A stretch of DNA of 64,000 nt from Octopus vulgaris (Eukaryota). The first letter of the stretch is position 1; every line of letters starts with the position of its first letter. The notes beneath the pieces were generated by a model, which was given only the letters and a program-made list of their open reading frames with translations, ran no database searches and was not told the origin of the DNA. The translations under genes were made by a program, and so were the position numbers. Location of the stretch: the NCBI GenBank assembly GCA_951406725.2, contig OX597833.1, positions 24,862,001 through 24,926,000 on the forward strand, written 5' to 3'. This document shows, piece by piece, positions 43,501 through 57,570 of the stretch.

Positions 43501-44505
43501 CCTTGTAGCATCGTATGAATTATAAGCTCCAACATCCGCTTAGTGTAGGCAAACATTTGGTCGTCCGCTGCCCCACCGCTTTCTTCATCTATTTCGGTTT
43601 AACGGGGAACTAAAAAAAAATTCATTATGTTTTATGACGAAGACATTTTTGAAAGTTTAGACGATGAACTTGCCGCGGCTACCATTCCCACCAAGGGTTA
43701 TAACGGTATGTAAACGTTTACAATTCTTATTGATGCTATTGACGTTGTTGTTGTGGTGGTCGTCGTCGTTGTCGCCACCCTCAACGAATTCGTCGTTGTT
43801 GCTTCAGATAATGCATCCTTTTTGTAACTGTAGATCAACCTAACTCGAGCAGATCGATGATTAAAGACATTCCAGCCATGGCCATACTGTTTCTTATGTC
43901 ATCTTGAAAGTTAAATTACGCACAGATATCTCAAAAACTAAATAGGCATCAAAATTGCTCTGACGATATATTTCTAGAACCAAAATACTCAAATAAGCTA
44001 CAACGCTCATCTGTATGGATGTGATTGATAGCATCCTTGTTGGGGCTCTTGGTATTATGGCTGCTTCTGCAGGTGATGTTCTAATCACTGATTTCGCGCC
44101 GCTGTTGATGTTGCAGTTCTGAGAAGGATTTTTTTGTAGTTATTGCAGTTGTCATCGTTTCTAATCTAGTATTTAGTAGACATGCCTTGTGCAGTTCTTA
44201 ATGATTTAATCCGTTTGGGCATCGCACTAATGAATAGTGTCTGCACAAATAAAACGGCATATTGAGTGTGTATATTTGCTTTTGAAAAGTCTGTGTATAA
44301 TATTCTTGTTTTTTATTCTTTTACTTGTTTCCATCATTTGACTGTAGCCATGCTGGAGCCATAATGGGTTTTAATCGAAGAGATCAACTGCAAGACTTAG
44401 TTTTCGTTTGTCTGGTATTTATTCTATCGAGCTCTTTTGGCGAAAGCTAAGTTACGTGCATATAAACACACCAGCATCGGTTGTCAAACGATGGCGGACC
44501 CACGC

Positions 44506-44569
<64 letters not shown>

Positions 44570-44584
44570 ATGTGTATGTATGTA

Positions 44585-44626
<42 letters not shown>

Positions 44627-44629
<3 letters not shown>

Positions 44630-44920
44630 AGGCGCAATGGCCCAGTGGTTAGGGCAGTGAACTCGCGGTTTCCATTCCCAGACCGGGTGCTGTGAGTATT
44701 TATTGAGCGAAAACACCTAAAGCTCTACGAGGCTCTGACAGGGGGTATTGTCGATCCCGGCTGTACTATTTCGCCACAACTTTCTCTCACTCTTTCTTCT
44801 GTTGGCCTGCTCGCTTAGCCAGCGGAGTAGCGTTATTTGAAGTCTAAAACAATGCGAAGCGCATTGTGACCAGCGATATGTAGCAACATCTGATAGCCTG
44901 GTCGGTCACGGATCACTGTG
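44627..44920 (+). mobile_element. SINE family B
   Basis: GGAGGCGCAATGGCCCAGTGGTTAGGGCAG head; colinear with 8706-9007. Confidence 0.85.
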
Positions 44921-44923
44921 ATA

Positions 44924-44972
<49 letters not shown>

Positions 44973-45748
44973 ACGGGCTTCTTTTAGTTTCCGTCTACCA
45001 AATCCAGGCTCAAGGCTTTGATCGGCCCGAAAATATAGTGTCAACTGCCCAATGTGCCACGCAGTGGGACTGAATCCGGAACCTTGTGGTTTGGAACCAA
45101 GCTTCTTTCCACACACCCACATCTGTATTCATTTTATATTTAATAAAGCAGGATTTTTCTACCACTTTGTGTAACAATGTAGACGCAGTTTTATTTGCTT
45201 ACCATAATGTTATTGTTATTGTTATTTCACATTTCCTTATTCCGTTCACATGTGATGATGGGCTTTTGTGCATAGAATATTAAACTATTCCCTGTTCACG
45301 TTTTAAGAAGCTCCCCCTTTCCATTATTCAGTTATTTTACTTCTATATCACAATGTTTCAAGCAAGCTACAATGCCCAACTGTTTTGATGTGGTTGATAT
45401 TATCCTTGTCGGTGCTCTTAATATTGTGGACGCTTCTGCAGGTGATATTGCTATATCACTGTAGCTGTTGATGTTGCTTTTCTTGGAAGCATACTCTTTT
45501 ATTATATTTTGGCAGTTATTGCTGTTGTCATCGTTTCTTTTACTGGTTTAGTGATTGATTTCAGTGATTAACTATACTACGAAACCTCAAAGGGTTCATT
45601 CGGTAATATTGATCATATCATTTATTCACCTGACATTTAGTTTACCGACACTGGTTTGTAAAACTGGTAAGTTGCGGAAGATAAAGTGACACAACGCTAA
45701 CATACATACATGAACACAAACACGCACGCACACACACACGCACGCACG

Positions 45749-45844
<96 letters not shown>

Positions 45845-46599
45845 GGTCATAGCTAGAGAAGTTTAAAATAAAGATCACATTTGCTCACAAGGTTATACAG
45901 GCAAATATGTTATTGATTGCTGGGCCAGAAGCTGTATCTACTATTTCCATTTGCAAATGTCATTCGAAATTACTGTGGACATTTTGGATCCTCGCCAGGA
46001 ATTTTTCAATACGAGGTTCAGCTCTCCCAGGAAGTTGTCCCCTACTCCATTAGGAGGATGTACAAAGGAAATATGAACTTGGAAAAATATACTGTTTTAA
46101 TATCTTGTAAGGTAAGAAGAGGCCTGAACTGTTTGACTTTATCTCGTTTGTTACCTGTTTTCCCTTCAAATATACGGCACATCAATAAGTAATTGCAGGC
46201 ACTCTAAGAGATATAAAAATACGCATTCTCGTTCATATACCTTCCTCCACACCTATATACAATGCATTTACTCTCAAGTACAAAGAGACCAACCATTGCA
46301 AGAATTAAAATGGAGATAAAAGGAAGAAAGTAAGAGAGAGAGAGGGGGGGGAGAAAAAGAGAGAAAGAAAAAAGAGAAAGATGGAAAGAGAGATAGAGTG
46401 AGAGAACGAGAGAGCGACAGAATGAAAAAAGGGAGACAGAAAAAGAGCGAGTTAAGAGGGAGTGAGAAGGAGGGATTTGGGAAAATGCAGAAAATTCCAT
46501 AAGGGACATTTTAGAGGTCAAAAGTTTACTAAGCAAAAATGAAACCTACGTCTGGTAGGTGTGTCCAGTATCTATACTCATATGCAAATGTTTTTTCTT

Positions 46600-47500
46600 C
46601 TGAATGGTACGCTTTAGAAATAAGGTATTATCTTGATTTACGTCATTTCTTTACAATTGGACTATTTTCTGTAATGCTGAGCTTGCATCTCTTCATAGAA
46701 TTTCTGTGTGGTGTGCATTTCTTGGTGATATTCCAACTGATATCGACCGTTGCACGATTTTCATTCAGCTGTCATATAGAGCTTGCAATCTTTGAATTAT
46801 TCCGGCTTTCGATTTATCTGGATCAGACGATACTGTTGTGAAGTCTTTGTTTAAACTATTCTTTAGTCAGCCCGATATATTTCGTGTTTTGATTTGTGGT
46901 GTTCTGTTTAGTATTCATAGATTTAATCCCCGTGTAATAACAAGGGCCTCGGTGTTGCCTAGTGAATTCAGCGATATATCAGTTCTTGTTCCTGTGTAGG
47001 AAAGATTAGGTACCTGGCACCTGGAAAGTTGATACGCGCTCACCACCCTCTAACATTCAGGCAATGCAGCTGGTGGAGTGAGGTACCTTGAAATATATAG
47101 ACACTTAGTGAGGAATAGGGGATGAGCGGCATTTTTTTTCCGAACGACATGCAACACAAAATTAATGGCAATTTCGCAAAAATCTCCGGCCATTAATCCA
47201 AACCAGTGCCTAAGTATTACAGAGTTGTGTTTTTATGTAAAACAACTACTGTCTATCGAGAAGTTGGCATACACCTCCTTCCTTTGGAAAGAAAGGGCTG
47301 GAAGTTTTTTCTCCTTGCTGACAACAGAGGAAGCAATAGTACAGTGTACGGAATTGCAAAGATTTAGAATAACCTCTACAGTTAAACCTCTCCTTGAAAT
47401 ATAACTTTAAAATAAGTTGACGGTAAAGTGGGATGCGCTGCTCTTTGTAGTTTTGCGTAAATATAGTGAAGAATATCGACCATTACCAGGGTGAATGGTC
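46600..47500 (-). pseudogene. highly degenerate Penelope-like element with C-terminal GIY-YIG
   Basis: Minus strand gives KYIGLTKE*FKQRLHN...I*QLNE...ISWNI...KRCKLSITE, matching the YIG-FKxR-WxI-CxLCxxE pattern of one PLE endonuclease type. Many stops. Confidence 0.65.
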
Positions 47501-48870
47501 CTGCTCTGAACGTGCACCGACAGGTCAGAGTTTGGGGATAGTGTTCTTACTTTTTTGAGAAAGAGAGAGAGGGAGGGTGAGAGAGAGAGAGAGAGGGAGC
47601 AGTTAATGATTTATCAGGTGTCCTGATTAATACCATCTGGCGGGCCTTCCTTTACATCTTCCCTGTTGTTTATTTGTTTATCCCTTGTATTATTACCTAT
47701 CCCTTGTAGTATATTCTACTTCACATTTTTGTAATATTATCTCGAAATGTTTTGTAATTTGTCCTTGTAAATATCCCCAACTCAAATCCCTTGCGGCAAC
47801 AAAAGATGTTGCTATCGTTATAATCTTTTATCTTTTGTTAAAACGGCGACGAAGCAGAATCGTTAACGCATCGGACAAAATGCTAAGCGGCGTTTCAACC
47901 GTCTATTTAAGCTGGGAATTCAAATCTCTCCCTTCAAATTTGTGTGCCAAAATTTCAGAGTCGATAGCATAAATTAATGGCGCTGATTTAATTGACTTGG
48001 CTCCGCTCCTCAAAACTGCTAGCCTTGTGTTGACATTACAAAGAATTATTAGCATTGGATGATCAAATTTGTACAGCACTGCATAAAATATCTTGGATAC
48101 ATATATTTGTTTACGATTTAATTTCAAAGAGTTTGAGTCGATTTTTCCTTTTCATGCTCCCATACTGATAAAAACTGACACACACACACAAATGATAGTT
48201 TAAAAACAAGTGCATGAGACCACGCGAACAAATCGAAGCTTAATAGAGTTAAAAACATTGTAAAAGTATACAGTAAAATTGAAGTTAAAACGTCGGACAT
48301 TTACAATTATATAAACACTAAACTATTTGCTCTTATATTTAGACGTAGTACATATATCAATTACATAGTGGATGGGAATATTTTTATCATTATTTTTAGA
48401 AACAAAGGTTTCAGTTTGAAATTTAATCTGGGACCGTGCATATAACCAGCTGTAAGAAACCTGATAACGATCAGATACCATACTCGTATAATACTATAAA
48501 TATATACATTACAAATTAAGAACTCCAGAGTTTACAAATAATTTGAATCTAATGTGGGACAATGCACATATTTATAAATGGATACAAATTTTAGCACAAG
48601 TACAGTAATTTGGGGGAAAGGTTAATCGAAAGCAGCACTCAACTGGTACTTATTTTATTGACACAGAATGAACAACAAAGTTGACCTCCGCGGCAGTTGA
48701 ACTCAAAACGTAAAACCGGGGGAAATGTTACTAAGCATTTTCTCCAGTGCACCTATTTAATGATACATCTAATGACGATTGGAATTGTAACGGAATAAAT
48801 CATAATATCGATATTTGATTCTGGAAATTTACATTTTAATGACTAATGATTGTTTCTTTCTTCGTTACAG

Positions 48871-48983
48871 ATACAGAAGTGGCAGCATTGTTGGGTAAAT
48901 TTTTACTGAAGAAAACCATTACTCAACGAGATGATATCAGGGCCTTGAAGGCCAATTTACACGAGAGGGATCTTGAGATTACG
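48871..48983 (+). CDS. internal exon of coiled-coil protein gene (TEVAALLGKFLLKKTITQRDDIRALKANLHERDLEIT)
   Basis: Branch-like gactaat, pyrimidine tract and cag acceptor; donor G|gtatgg. Ends in phase 0, compatible with the 53450 exon. Confidence 0.75.
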
Positions 48984-49267
48984 GTATGGTTACGTCCAAC
49001 CAGTTACCAACGAGTCCATGCAGACACACACATACACACACACACACAAAAGGACATACATACACATCTCTCTCTGTCTGTCTATGTGCATGTATGTATG
49101 TATGTATGTATCTATCTATCTATTTATATACATATATGTATGAACATAGATATTTTAACATGCGTGTGTGCGCGTACATGTATGTAATATATATATTATA
49201 TATATAACCCATATATACATTATATATGTGATAAATATATAATTTCATATATCAAATATATATATGT

Positions 49268-49317
<50 letters not shown>

Positions 49318-49626
49318 TGAGAGAGTGTGAGTGAGAAAGAGATAATGGGAAAGCACTCAAGAAACCAAGTTACTCATATTTCAAATATATCATTACGTAC
49401 GCTTCAGTAAACAAGAATAATCGATTGCAAGTTGTTTCCTAAGAAGGGATGTATCTAAATATACTGTGTTTAATGTTTTTGTATGGTTCTTGCCAGAGTC
49501 CGAATCCGTTTCAATGACATTTCGTAGAGTGCATTATATGGAAATGAGAGTTAAGCGAGCATAAAAACTGAACCTTAATTTCTATGGTAACTTGTGTATC
49601 CAGTGCATCCAATAAATATAAAGATT

Positions 49627-49681
<55 letters not shown>

Positions 49682-49812
49682 GTACACACACACTGACACA
49701 TACACGCACACACACACACATACACACAGACAAACTCACATGTATATATGTATGTATATATACATGCACATACAAAGAAAGTACTCACATATATACGTAT
49801 CCATATATATAA

Positions 49813-49870
<58 letters not shown>

Positions 49871-50544
49871 TCATAATGCAATTATGAGTACTTCTATTAA
49901 TTTAATTTCTATGTAGTCGGTGCAAAATGCAAATCTCTGATAAATGGTAGAAAATAAGCACAAAAACGCTGAGCTGTTTATCTTGGTCTCAGAGAAGATA
50001 ACATGTGGTTTAAACACAAGATTTGTTTTTCATAGCTTGGTTGAAAATGCTTTTTTACATATACTTCACCATGTAAACAGATGCCAAATCACGTCGAACA
50101 TACAATAGATTGAAGCTGAAAGAAAAAAAAAAAAAAAAAAGAGTCCGTTGTGTGAATATGAGGAAAATTGCGATGGAATGCTCGTGCATATGCGCATGAA
50201 AGAGGGGAAAAGTGCGAAACAGAAGAACGGGAGAGAGAGAGAGAGAGAGAAAGAAAGAGAGGAAGAAAGAGAAAGAGAAAGGAATATGGAAGAACGTGGT
50301 CAAGGCAAGAAGGTAGAATGTGTTTGGTGGAACGTCACGAAAGGTAGCATTATTGGCAGAGCAAAGAGAAAATGTCTTTAGGCAATTAGTTATGTTATTT
50401 TAAAGATTTAACCAGATAAGCACGGACAGCTTCTGTGACCTTTGCAGGGCCTCATACACTATTGAGATCGAGGTTATTGATCCTAAGTTTGGTCTGAAGA
50501 TCAGTAGGTCAATGATCGATGTTTGCATATATGATATATAATTA

Positions 50545-50910
50545 TCACAGGAGTGGCTGTGTGGTGAGTAGCTTGTTTACCAGCCACGTGGTTCCGAGTT
50601 CAGTCCCACAACTTGGGCAAAGCATTTTGAGTGGATTTAGTAGACGGAAACTTTAAGACGCCCGTCGTATATATGTATATGTATATATATATGTGTGTGT
50701 GTGTTTGTGTGTCTGTGATTGTCTCCCCAACATCGCTTGACAACAAATGCTGAAATGTTTACGTACCCGTAACTTAGCGGTTCGGCAAAAGAAACCGATA
50801 GAAAAAGTACTAGGCATACAAAGAATAAGTCCTGGGGTTGATTTGCTCGACTAAAGGCTGTGCTCCAGAATGGTCGCAGTCAAAATGACCGAAACAAGTA
50901 AAAAGAGAAA
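50545..50910 (+). mobile_element. SINE family A with internal deletion
   Basis: caggagtggctgtgtggtgag head through gaaacaagtaaaaagag tail. Confidence 0.8.
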
Positions 50911-51395
50911 AACAGAGACATAATGTATATGATATATATCTATGATATATACATTATATACATATACACGCACATGTCAAAATATATATCTACATGCATA
51001 TATGTCTCTTGAGAGATAGATAGATAAATATATAGATAGATATATGTGTATTTGTGTGTGTGTATGTGTATGTATGCGTATGTGTGTGTATATGTGTGTG
51101 TGTGATTTAGATGAGAAGGATTGGAGAAGGTCACAATTACTCCCACATCCTGGCAAACACACCAAAAGAAGTGGGACAGCATTTCAGGTAAAATAAATTA
51201 GCTGAGAAGTATTAAATGAATGATGATGACCAGTGACGCTTTTCACTCGCTTTGCCCCGAGGCATTTTGTTCTATGCTCCATCAATTATGACAGCCTCCA
51301 TCATTTTACACAATGATAATACTAATTAAAAAAACAATAAAAATATCAAAATTATGGTGGTGATGATGATTATGCTGACGACGACGACGATGAAG

Positions 51396-51486
<91 letters not shown>

Positions 51487-51489
51487 GAT

Positions 51490-51840
51490 ATATTAATACC
51501 AACAAATGACAATGTTTCTCTAAAAGAAATGGAGAAACCTTCAAAATACAAAGAACTAGAAATAGAGGTGGAGTCTAAAAGCAGAAACAATTCCTATCAT
51601 AACAGGTGCATTAGGTATCATGATAGAATATTCAGACAAATACATAACAATAATACCAAGACTAACAAATATATATAACTTACAGAAAATAGGACTACAA
51701 GGTACCGCACACATCCTACGTAAAACACTTTCAATACAGTAACGATAAGAGCATCACAACAAACCACAGTACATACCCCAGGCACTCAGAGCTGGTCTCG
51801 GTAGTGCAGTGAAGCACGATATAAAAATAAGACTACTGAA
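51490..51840 (+). mobile_element. 3' end of the same R4/Dong-like LINE family as 21926-24937
   Basis: Colinear with 24578-24937 (SLKEMEK..KYK.LEIEV and the 3' UTR). Preceded by (TAA)n. Confidence 0.85.
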
Positions 51841-51871
51841 TACTACTAGCACAACAACAACAACAACAACA

Positions 51872-51947
<76 letters not shown>

Positions 51948-51948
<1 letters not shown>

Positions 51949-52464
51949 GTATCAGGCAGAGGCTCTTAACTGATTGGAAGTGTTATGTACATGTTTTGTC
52001 TTGGTTTAAAAGATGGGCTACAGCAAATATTCTGCTCAATATCACAAATTTGCTTGTCGGTTGTTTGACCATAACCAACTGAGCATGTCTCTTAGTGGAT
52101 GACGATATGTGCGTCTGTGATCACGAGCAAAAGTAGCGGGGTAAGTAGCCATACGTCTAGAGGAATTCTTTGGAGCTTGAATAATTCCCCTCTGAAAGCA
52201 TGTGTTTTCTTCATCATCCTTAAACAAACCATATTCAGGGACATTTTGAGCGAGATAGGCTACTCAATGTGATGAAAATTAATTTGGCCCGACCAGCAAG
52301 GTCATGCGCTGTTAATCTTGATATGATAACACCTTGTTGCGCACATATAGTTATGATGCATGCGCCTGGTGTACCCTTGTCAGACGGGTAATCATGATGG
52401 GGATACTGGGCTTCGTATAATTTACCCCAGTGTCACTTTGATGTTATGCACTGTTCTCTCACTC

Positions 52465-52465
<1 letters not shown>
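51948..52465 (+). mobile_element. about 560-bp (TAA)n-inserted element, copy 3 (more diverged)
   Basis: Colinear with 21347-21889 and has the same 3' end ctctcactc|aataat. Confidence 0.8.
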
Positions 52466-52519
<54 letters not shown>

Positions 52520-52635
52520 GTAATAATAATAATAATGATGAGGTTGATGATGATAATAACATGATGATGATGATGATGAAGATGATGATGATGATGATGA
52601 TGATAATAACAACAGCAATAATAATAATAATAACG

Positions 52636-52710
<75 letters not shown>

Positions 52711-52961
52711 GATGATATCCCAGGAGAACCATGTCTCAGAGAAATCCAAAAGATTGTGCTGACAAGTACTGCTCACGTCATTAGAGAAACTGTATCAATA
52801 TAAATGTCACTGTTGCATTACATGAAGATATTTGGCTACTGCCCCTGCCACTTCCACTCTCCAAGCTTTCAGTCCTATTGTAACATCTCTTATCCTTCAC
52901 TCGTCCTAGGACGCTGGATATGTCTCGGAAGGTGATTGTAACATACATACAGATTAAAACT
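52711..52961 (+). mobile_element. 3' tip of a third RLE LINE family in (TAA)n
   Basis: IPGEPCLREIQKIVLTSTAHVIRETVSI* is homologous to MQKIALLSTAHILRRTLSIQ*, but the 3' UTR is different. Confidence 0.75.
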
Positions 52962-52962
52962 A

Positions 52963-53177
<215 letters not shown>

Positions 53178-53346
53178 TTTTGGCACAATGCCAGAAAGCT
53201 TTTAAGGATTGGTAATTCGATGTCATTTACCCCACTACTCACTTATTTTATCGACTCCGAAAGGATGAAAGGTAAAGTCGACCTCGACAGAAATTCAACT
53301 GAAAACGTGAAGTCTTTAAGCATTTCGCAAGACTTTTCGCTCGCTG

Positions 53347-53439
<93 letters not shown>

Positions 53440-53449
53440 TATATTGAAG

Positions 53450-53598
53450 CATTTGAAGAAAGAAAACCGAAAGATGAAGAAGTTGGAACATGATCGCACA
53501 AATCTGTTCGGAGAGTTAGAAGAGGAAAGGGAAAGAGAAAAATCACGGATAGGACGTTATGCGTCGGAATTAGAAGTTAGTAAAGATACAATAATGAG
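53450..53598 (+). CDS. internal exon of coiled-coil protein gene (HLKKENRKMKKLEHDRTNLFGELEEERERE...DTIM)
   Basis: Open E/K/R-rich frame and strong donor AG|gtaagc. Phase 0 in and phase 2 out link the flanking exons. The acceptor is atypical. Confidence 0.75.
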
Positions 53599-55351
53599 GT
53601 AAGCTCTTACTTTGTCTCCAACTGACGCATTTGTAACTTGAGTGCGGAGTTGTTAGCAGAATCGTAAGAATTTTGAAATGAATGCGTTACAGCATAAATT
53701 CTGTTTCTTTTCATTTTGAGTTGAACGTCAGTTCTGCCTTTTCTCTTTCCGTCAAGTTCTGGGACAGCTTTCTCCTCCCCCTCTCTCTCCCTCTCCCCCT
53801 CTCCCCCTCCACGTTTTCTTTCTCTTGCACCTCTAATGTCAATGTCAAGTTTTATCACGCTTAATCAACCTGACCTGTGGAATAACTATCAATCTAAGAA
53901 AGTATTTCAGAATTTGGAATTTAGGTAGGAACAACAGAATGCTAATCATCGACAGCAACGGGCACTCAACTAGGTCGAACTGACTGGTAGTAAGCCTGTC
54001 ACACCTTTCTCACCACATCGTTTTGTATATCTTTAGCTGTGTTCACTCTGTCATTGGAGATCTCTAGTACAAACATTGTTGAATAAACATTCAAAGCAGA
54101 CATTTGTCTGCATTGAACAATTTTGGAGTTGGGAGAAGGCCACAGTAATTAGAAGCCTTCTGACTAACTTACACATAAAATAATGAATCTTCTGTTGTAC
54201 TTTATGAAGTAAATAGATTCTCTATTCCTGTTTTGCTCTTTGCTCGATAACTGATCACTTAGCTGTACAACGTCTGACCGTTAAAACCACAAAGTTATTT
54301 AAATCAGGGGACCTCAATCACTAGACGTCAGATCAGTATCGGGATACACAGCATGAATAAATGCTTAAAATTTATCTCTATTTTATAGACTATGGTAATC
54401 TGCAGGGTGTTTCTGTATCATATATGCATTATATATGTAATATTTTTTATATACCACATATATAATACATACACCTTATATACGTTATACAGAATGTTAG
54501 ATTCTTATCTCTCCACCCTGAAAAAGAAAGCTTGATTTTTCCCATGTTTGTTTGCTTCCTTTATTGGTTGCTTAACTTTACTGAACTGCATCTGCCAAAG
54601 TTATGAAGGAATTCTGAGCCCACAGAAACAGCTGTCGTGCTTGTAACGTCATACCTTCTCCTATCTAATTATTTGAGTCTATGTAATCTCAGCAAAAATA
54701 CATATATATATATATTTATACTTCAATATTAACCACCAGGAAATTTTACAATCTTTGTGTCTTTTCTATATTTACATGTATACATGTATATATGTTCTGT
54801 ATATAAAACTCAATGGGTGTTACCTGTTTATTTCCATCATTGTTTCCATATCTACTCACTTGGATTCCTTTTATAGTCACTCTATAATCCTCTGACTTGG
54901 TCCTTGGTAAAGGTTTTAAAGTATAAGTTCAAATGTTTTCAGCGCTACTAAGTATTTTCGACATTGAGATTCACCTGTTAACTTTATATATCTAATAATT
55001 ATATATTTTTGCACATGATTGTGTCTTATCATTCGCATGATACTCTGGTTCGTGGAAGAATATGTTGCATGAAACGGGTCCATGGTGCAAAACTGTTTGG
55101 CGACTGCTTGTCTAAATGACCCAAACTTTCAGCGGCACAATAATTTAGTGACTCAACTATCGAATCATTTGACATATCGAACTTAACGATAACGTGATTC
55201 AAAAGAACGATCTATTGGCATAGTAACGGAATGGCTAAGTGAAAGTTGTCAGATAAGCAAACGATAATTATCTAGTTGAATGGCAATAAGACCCTCTGAC
55301 TTCCTAATATGTATATATTATATCTTATTTCTTTATTTTATCTATTTCCAG

Positions 55352-55958
55352 GTTGAGAGAAGAGGTAGGGTTTTTGAAGCAGACCATTAACAAAATGGAG
55401 AATGATTGTCGGAGTGTAAAATTTGGCTTGGAAGCAGGCTCAAACGTTTGTGCTGTACAACAACGATGTGTGTCCCTAGATGCGTTTCCAGGGAAGCAGA
55501 TATCCCATCAAACTGAATGGGAGCGCACGTTAAAAGCACTAAAATGTGTCGAGGCAAATAGGGATTATTATAAACAGAGATGCTTTGAAGCCGAAGAAGA
55601 AAAGAAAGAAATGGAATGGGATCTAAAAGAACTACAAATTCAACTGCAGAAAGCTCTCGATAATGCGAGTAAATGGGAAGAAAAGGCTTCAAAATCAATA
55701 CCAATTGTACATTGGCGTAGATATGAAATGCCAGATAATCATCTACTTGAATGCAATACATGTTCATCAAAACATGAATACGAACTAGCGTCAATGGGCT
55801 TGAAAAGAGAAATCGAAATTGAGACGGGTCGACTTTTCAATATGGAGGATTTTGATACGCATAAAAGATGGAGATTAAGGGAAGCTGTTTTTGGAGATTT
55901 ATTCCGAAGGTTAACGGTATTTGTACGGAATTGGCTTTCACATAATAATTCTGATTAA
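55352..55958 (+). CDS. terminal coding exon of an unidentified coiled-coil protein
   Basis: Long pyrimidine tract and ccag acceptor, phase 2. 201 open codons with heptad-like EAEEEKKEMEWDLKELQIQLQKALD. Confidence 0.8.
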
Positions 55959-56559
55959 AAGGTTGACGTTGCCAATATTATTGCTGTGCACGCCAGTATT
56001 ATTGCTGATAGATCAGACATAATGAAAAGCATTTCAGTTATGACTATCTAATAACCTTTAAGTATCTCTTGAAAATATTACCCGACGTTTACTTCCCTTT
56101 TATACGACGGTAGAGTGAGATTTGAAGGGTAGAATGTTCCTTCATTGCTCCTGAATTCAATGATAATTATGTCACGACAGATGTCTAAGAAAGAAGAGAT
56201 TGCAAATAAAATCTTTAATGTATTAAGTTTAGTTCTTCAATGCTTTACCATTAATTTCATTAATCTTGGGTTGAGTCTACTACTGAATGTCATGATAGAA
56301 ACACCGAGGAACGGCACCACACACATACATATATACATATATACATTCGTACATACATACATATTGACATTCATACATACATATACATTCATACATGGTG
56401 GCTGCCTTCTCGTTATCGAGTATGGCCATTGCACGAAACTTAATCAATATTGTTATCGTGCAATGATTGTACAAGAAGATGTTGTTTAAAGTGAGAAAAG
56501 GCTGTACACTGAGTCAATCCCACTCACTAAGCAACAGCAGCCATAATCCGAAAAGAAGA

Positions 56560-56950
56560 ACAAGTCAACATCATCGGTAACCACTGAGCCGCAGTTTATG
56601 TCAGAGTTATCCCAGTTCCCTTAGTTACCTTCTCCTAGAAGGATGCCCTAACAAAGGCTAGGAGTCTTTCACTCCCAATGGTTTAACTGCGCGATCGGGT
56701 ATTCAGTCCGATTATGTCTATGTCCCCGCGCATGATACATCCTTAAGACATTTATTGGATGGCCGTTGACTCTCAAGAGTTCCTCTGCCTTTGACGGGTT
56801 TTGTTTTTCATCCCGCAGGGTTTCCAATAAACATCCTCCTCACCAAGCAAGCTTGGTGGGGTTGCCGGTTTAGTCATCGACGACCCGACCATGCAACAGG
56901 TTGTACTGGGTTACATGTTACTAGTAGCACTCGAAAGTGACCTGACCATT
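56560..56950 (-). mobile_element. interspersed repeat resembling an RTE-type retroelement 5' region
   Basis: GC-richer block starting abruptly at a (TATG)n tract, with several hairpins. The family assignment is from recall only. Confidence 0.4.
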
Positions 56951-57084
56951 CATACATACATGCATATACATACATACATACATACATACATGCATATACA
57001 TACATACCTGCATATAATAAAGAAATAACATACATACCTGCATATACATACATGCATACATACATGCATATACATACATGTCTT

Positions 57085-57371
57085 CTATCTTTTACTTATT
57101 TCATTAGAGTACGGCCATTTTGGGGTACTGCTTTGAAGAATTTTAGTGGAACGATTCGCCTTCAGTACTTTGTTTTTGCTTGGTAGTTATTCAATCAGTC
57201 TCTTTTGCCGAGGTGTTAAGTTACAGGGACGTAAACACACCAAGACCGGTTGTCAAGTGGTGGCAGAGAACAAACACACAATCAAGGGCATACATTCATA
57301 CAAACATACACACACACACAAACATATACAAACACACACACATACACACAAACATACACGCATGTGTATAT

Positions 57372-57410
<39 letters not shown>

Positions 57411-57570
57411 GCATGTATGTATGTATATACAACATCCATTTTTAAGTTTCCGTGTTTTAATCTGCTCACAATGCTTTGGTCAATCCGTGAGTCGAGTACA
57501 AGTCACTTCCGCAAGGTATCCCGCAGCGCGACTGAACCCGGAGCCTTGTATTTGGGAAGCAAGTTTTTTT
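57085..57570 (-). mobile_element. degenerate SINE family A
   Basis: Reverse complement of the tail, microsatellite and head (gactgaacccgga). Confidence 0.65.

Noticed and set aside
46600-46900. In-frame TGA codons as selenocysteine in a PLE
   Set aside because: TAA and TAG stops also occur and the TGAs are not at Cys positions, so ordinary decay explains them.
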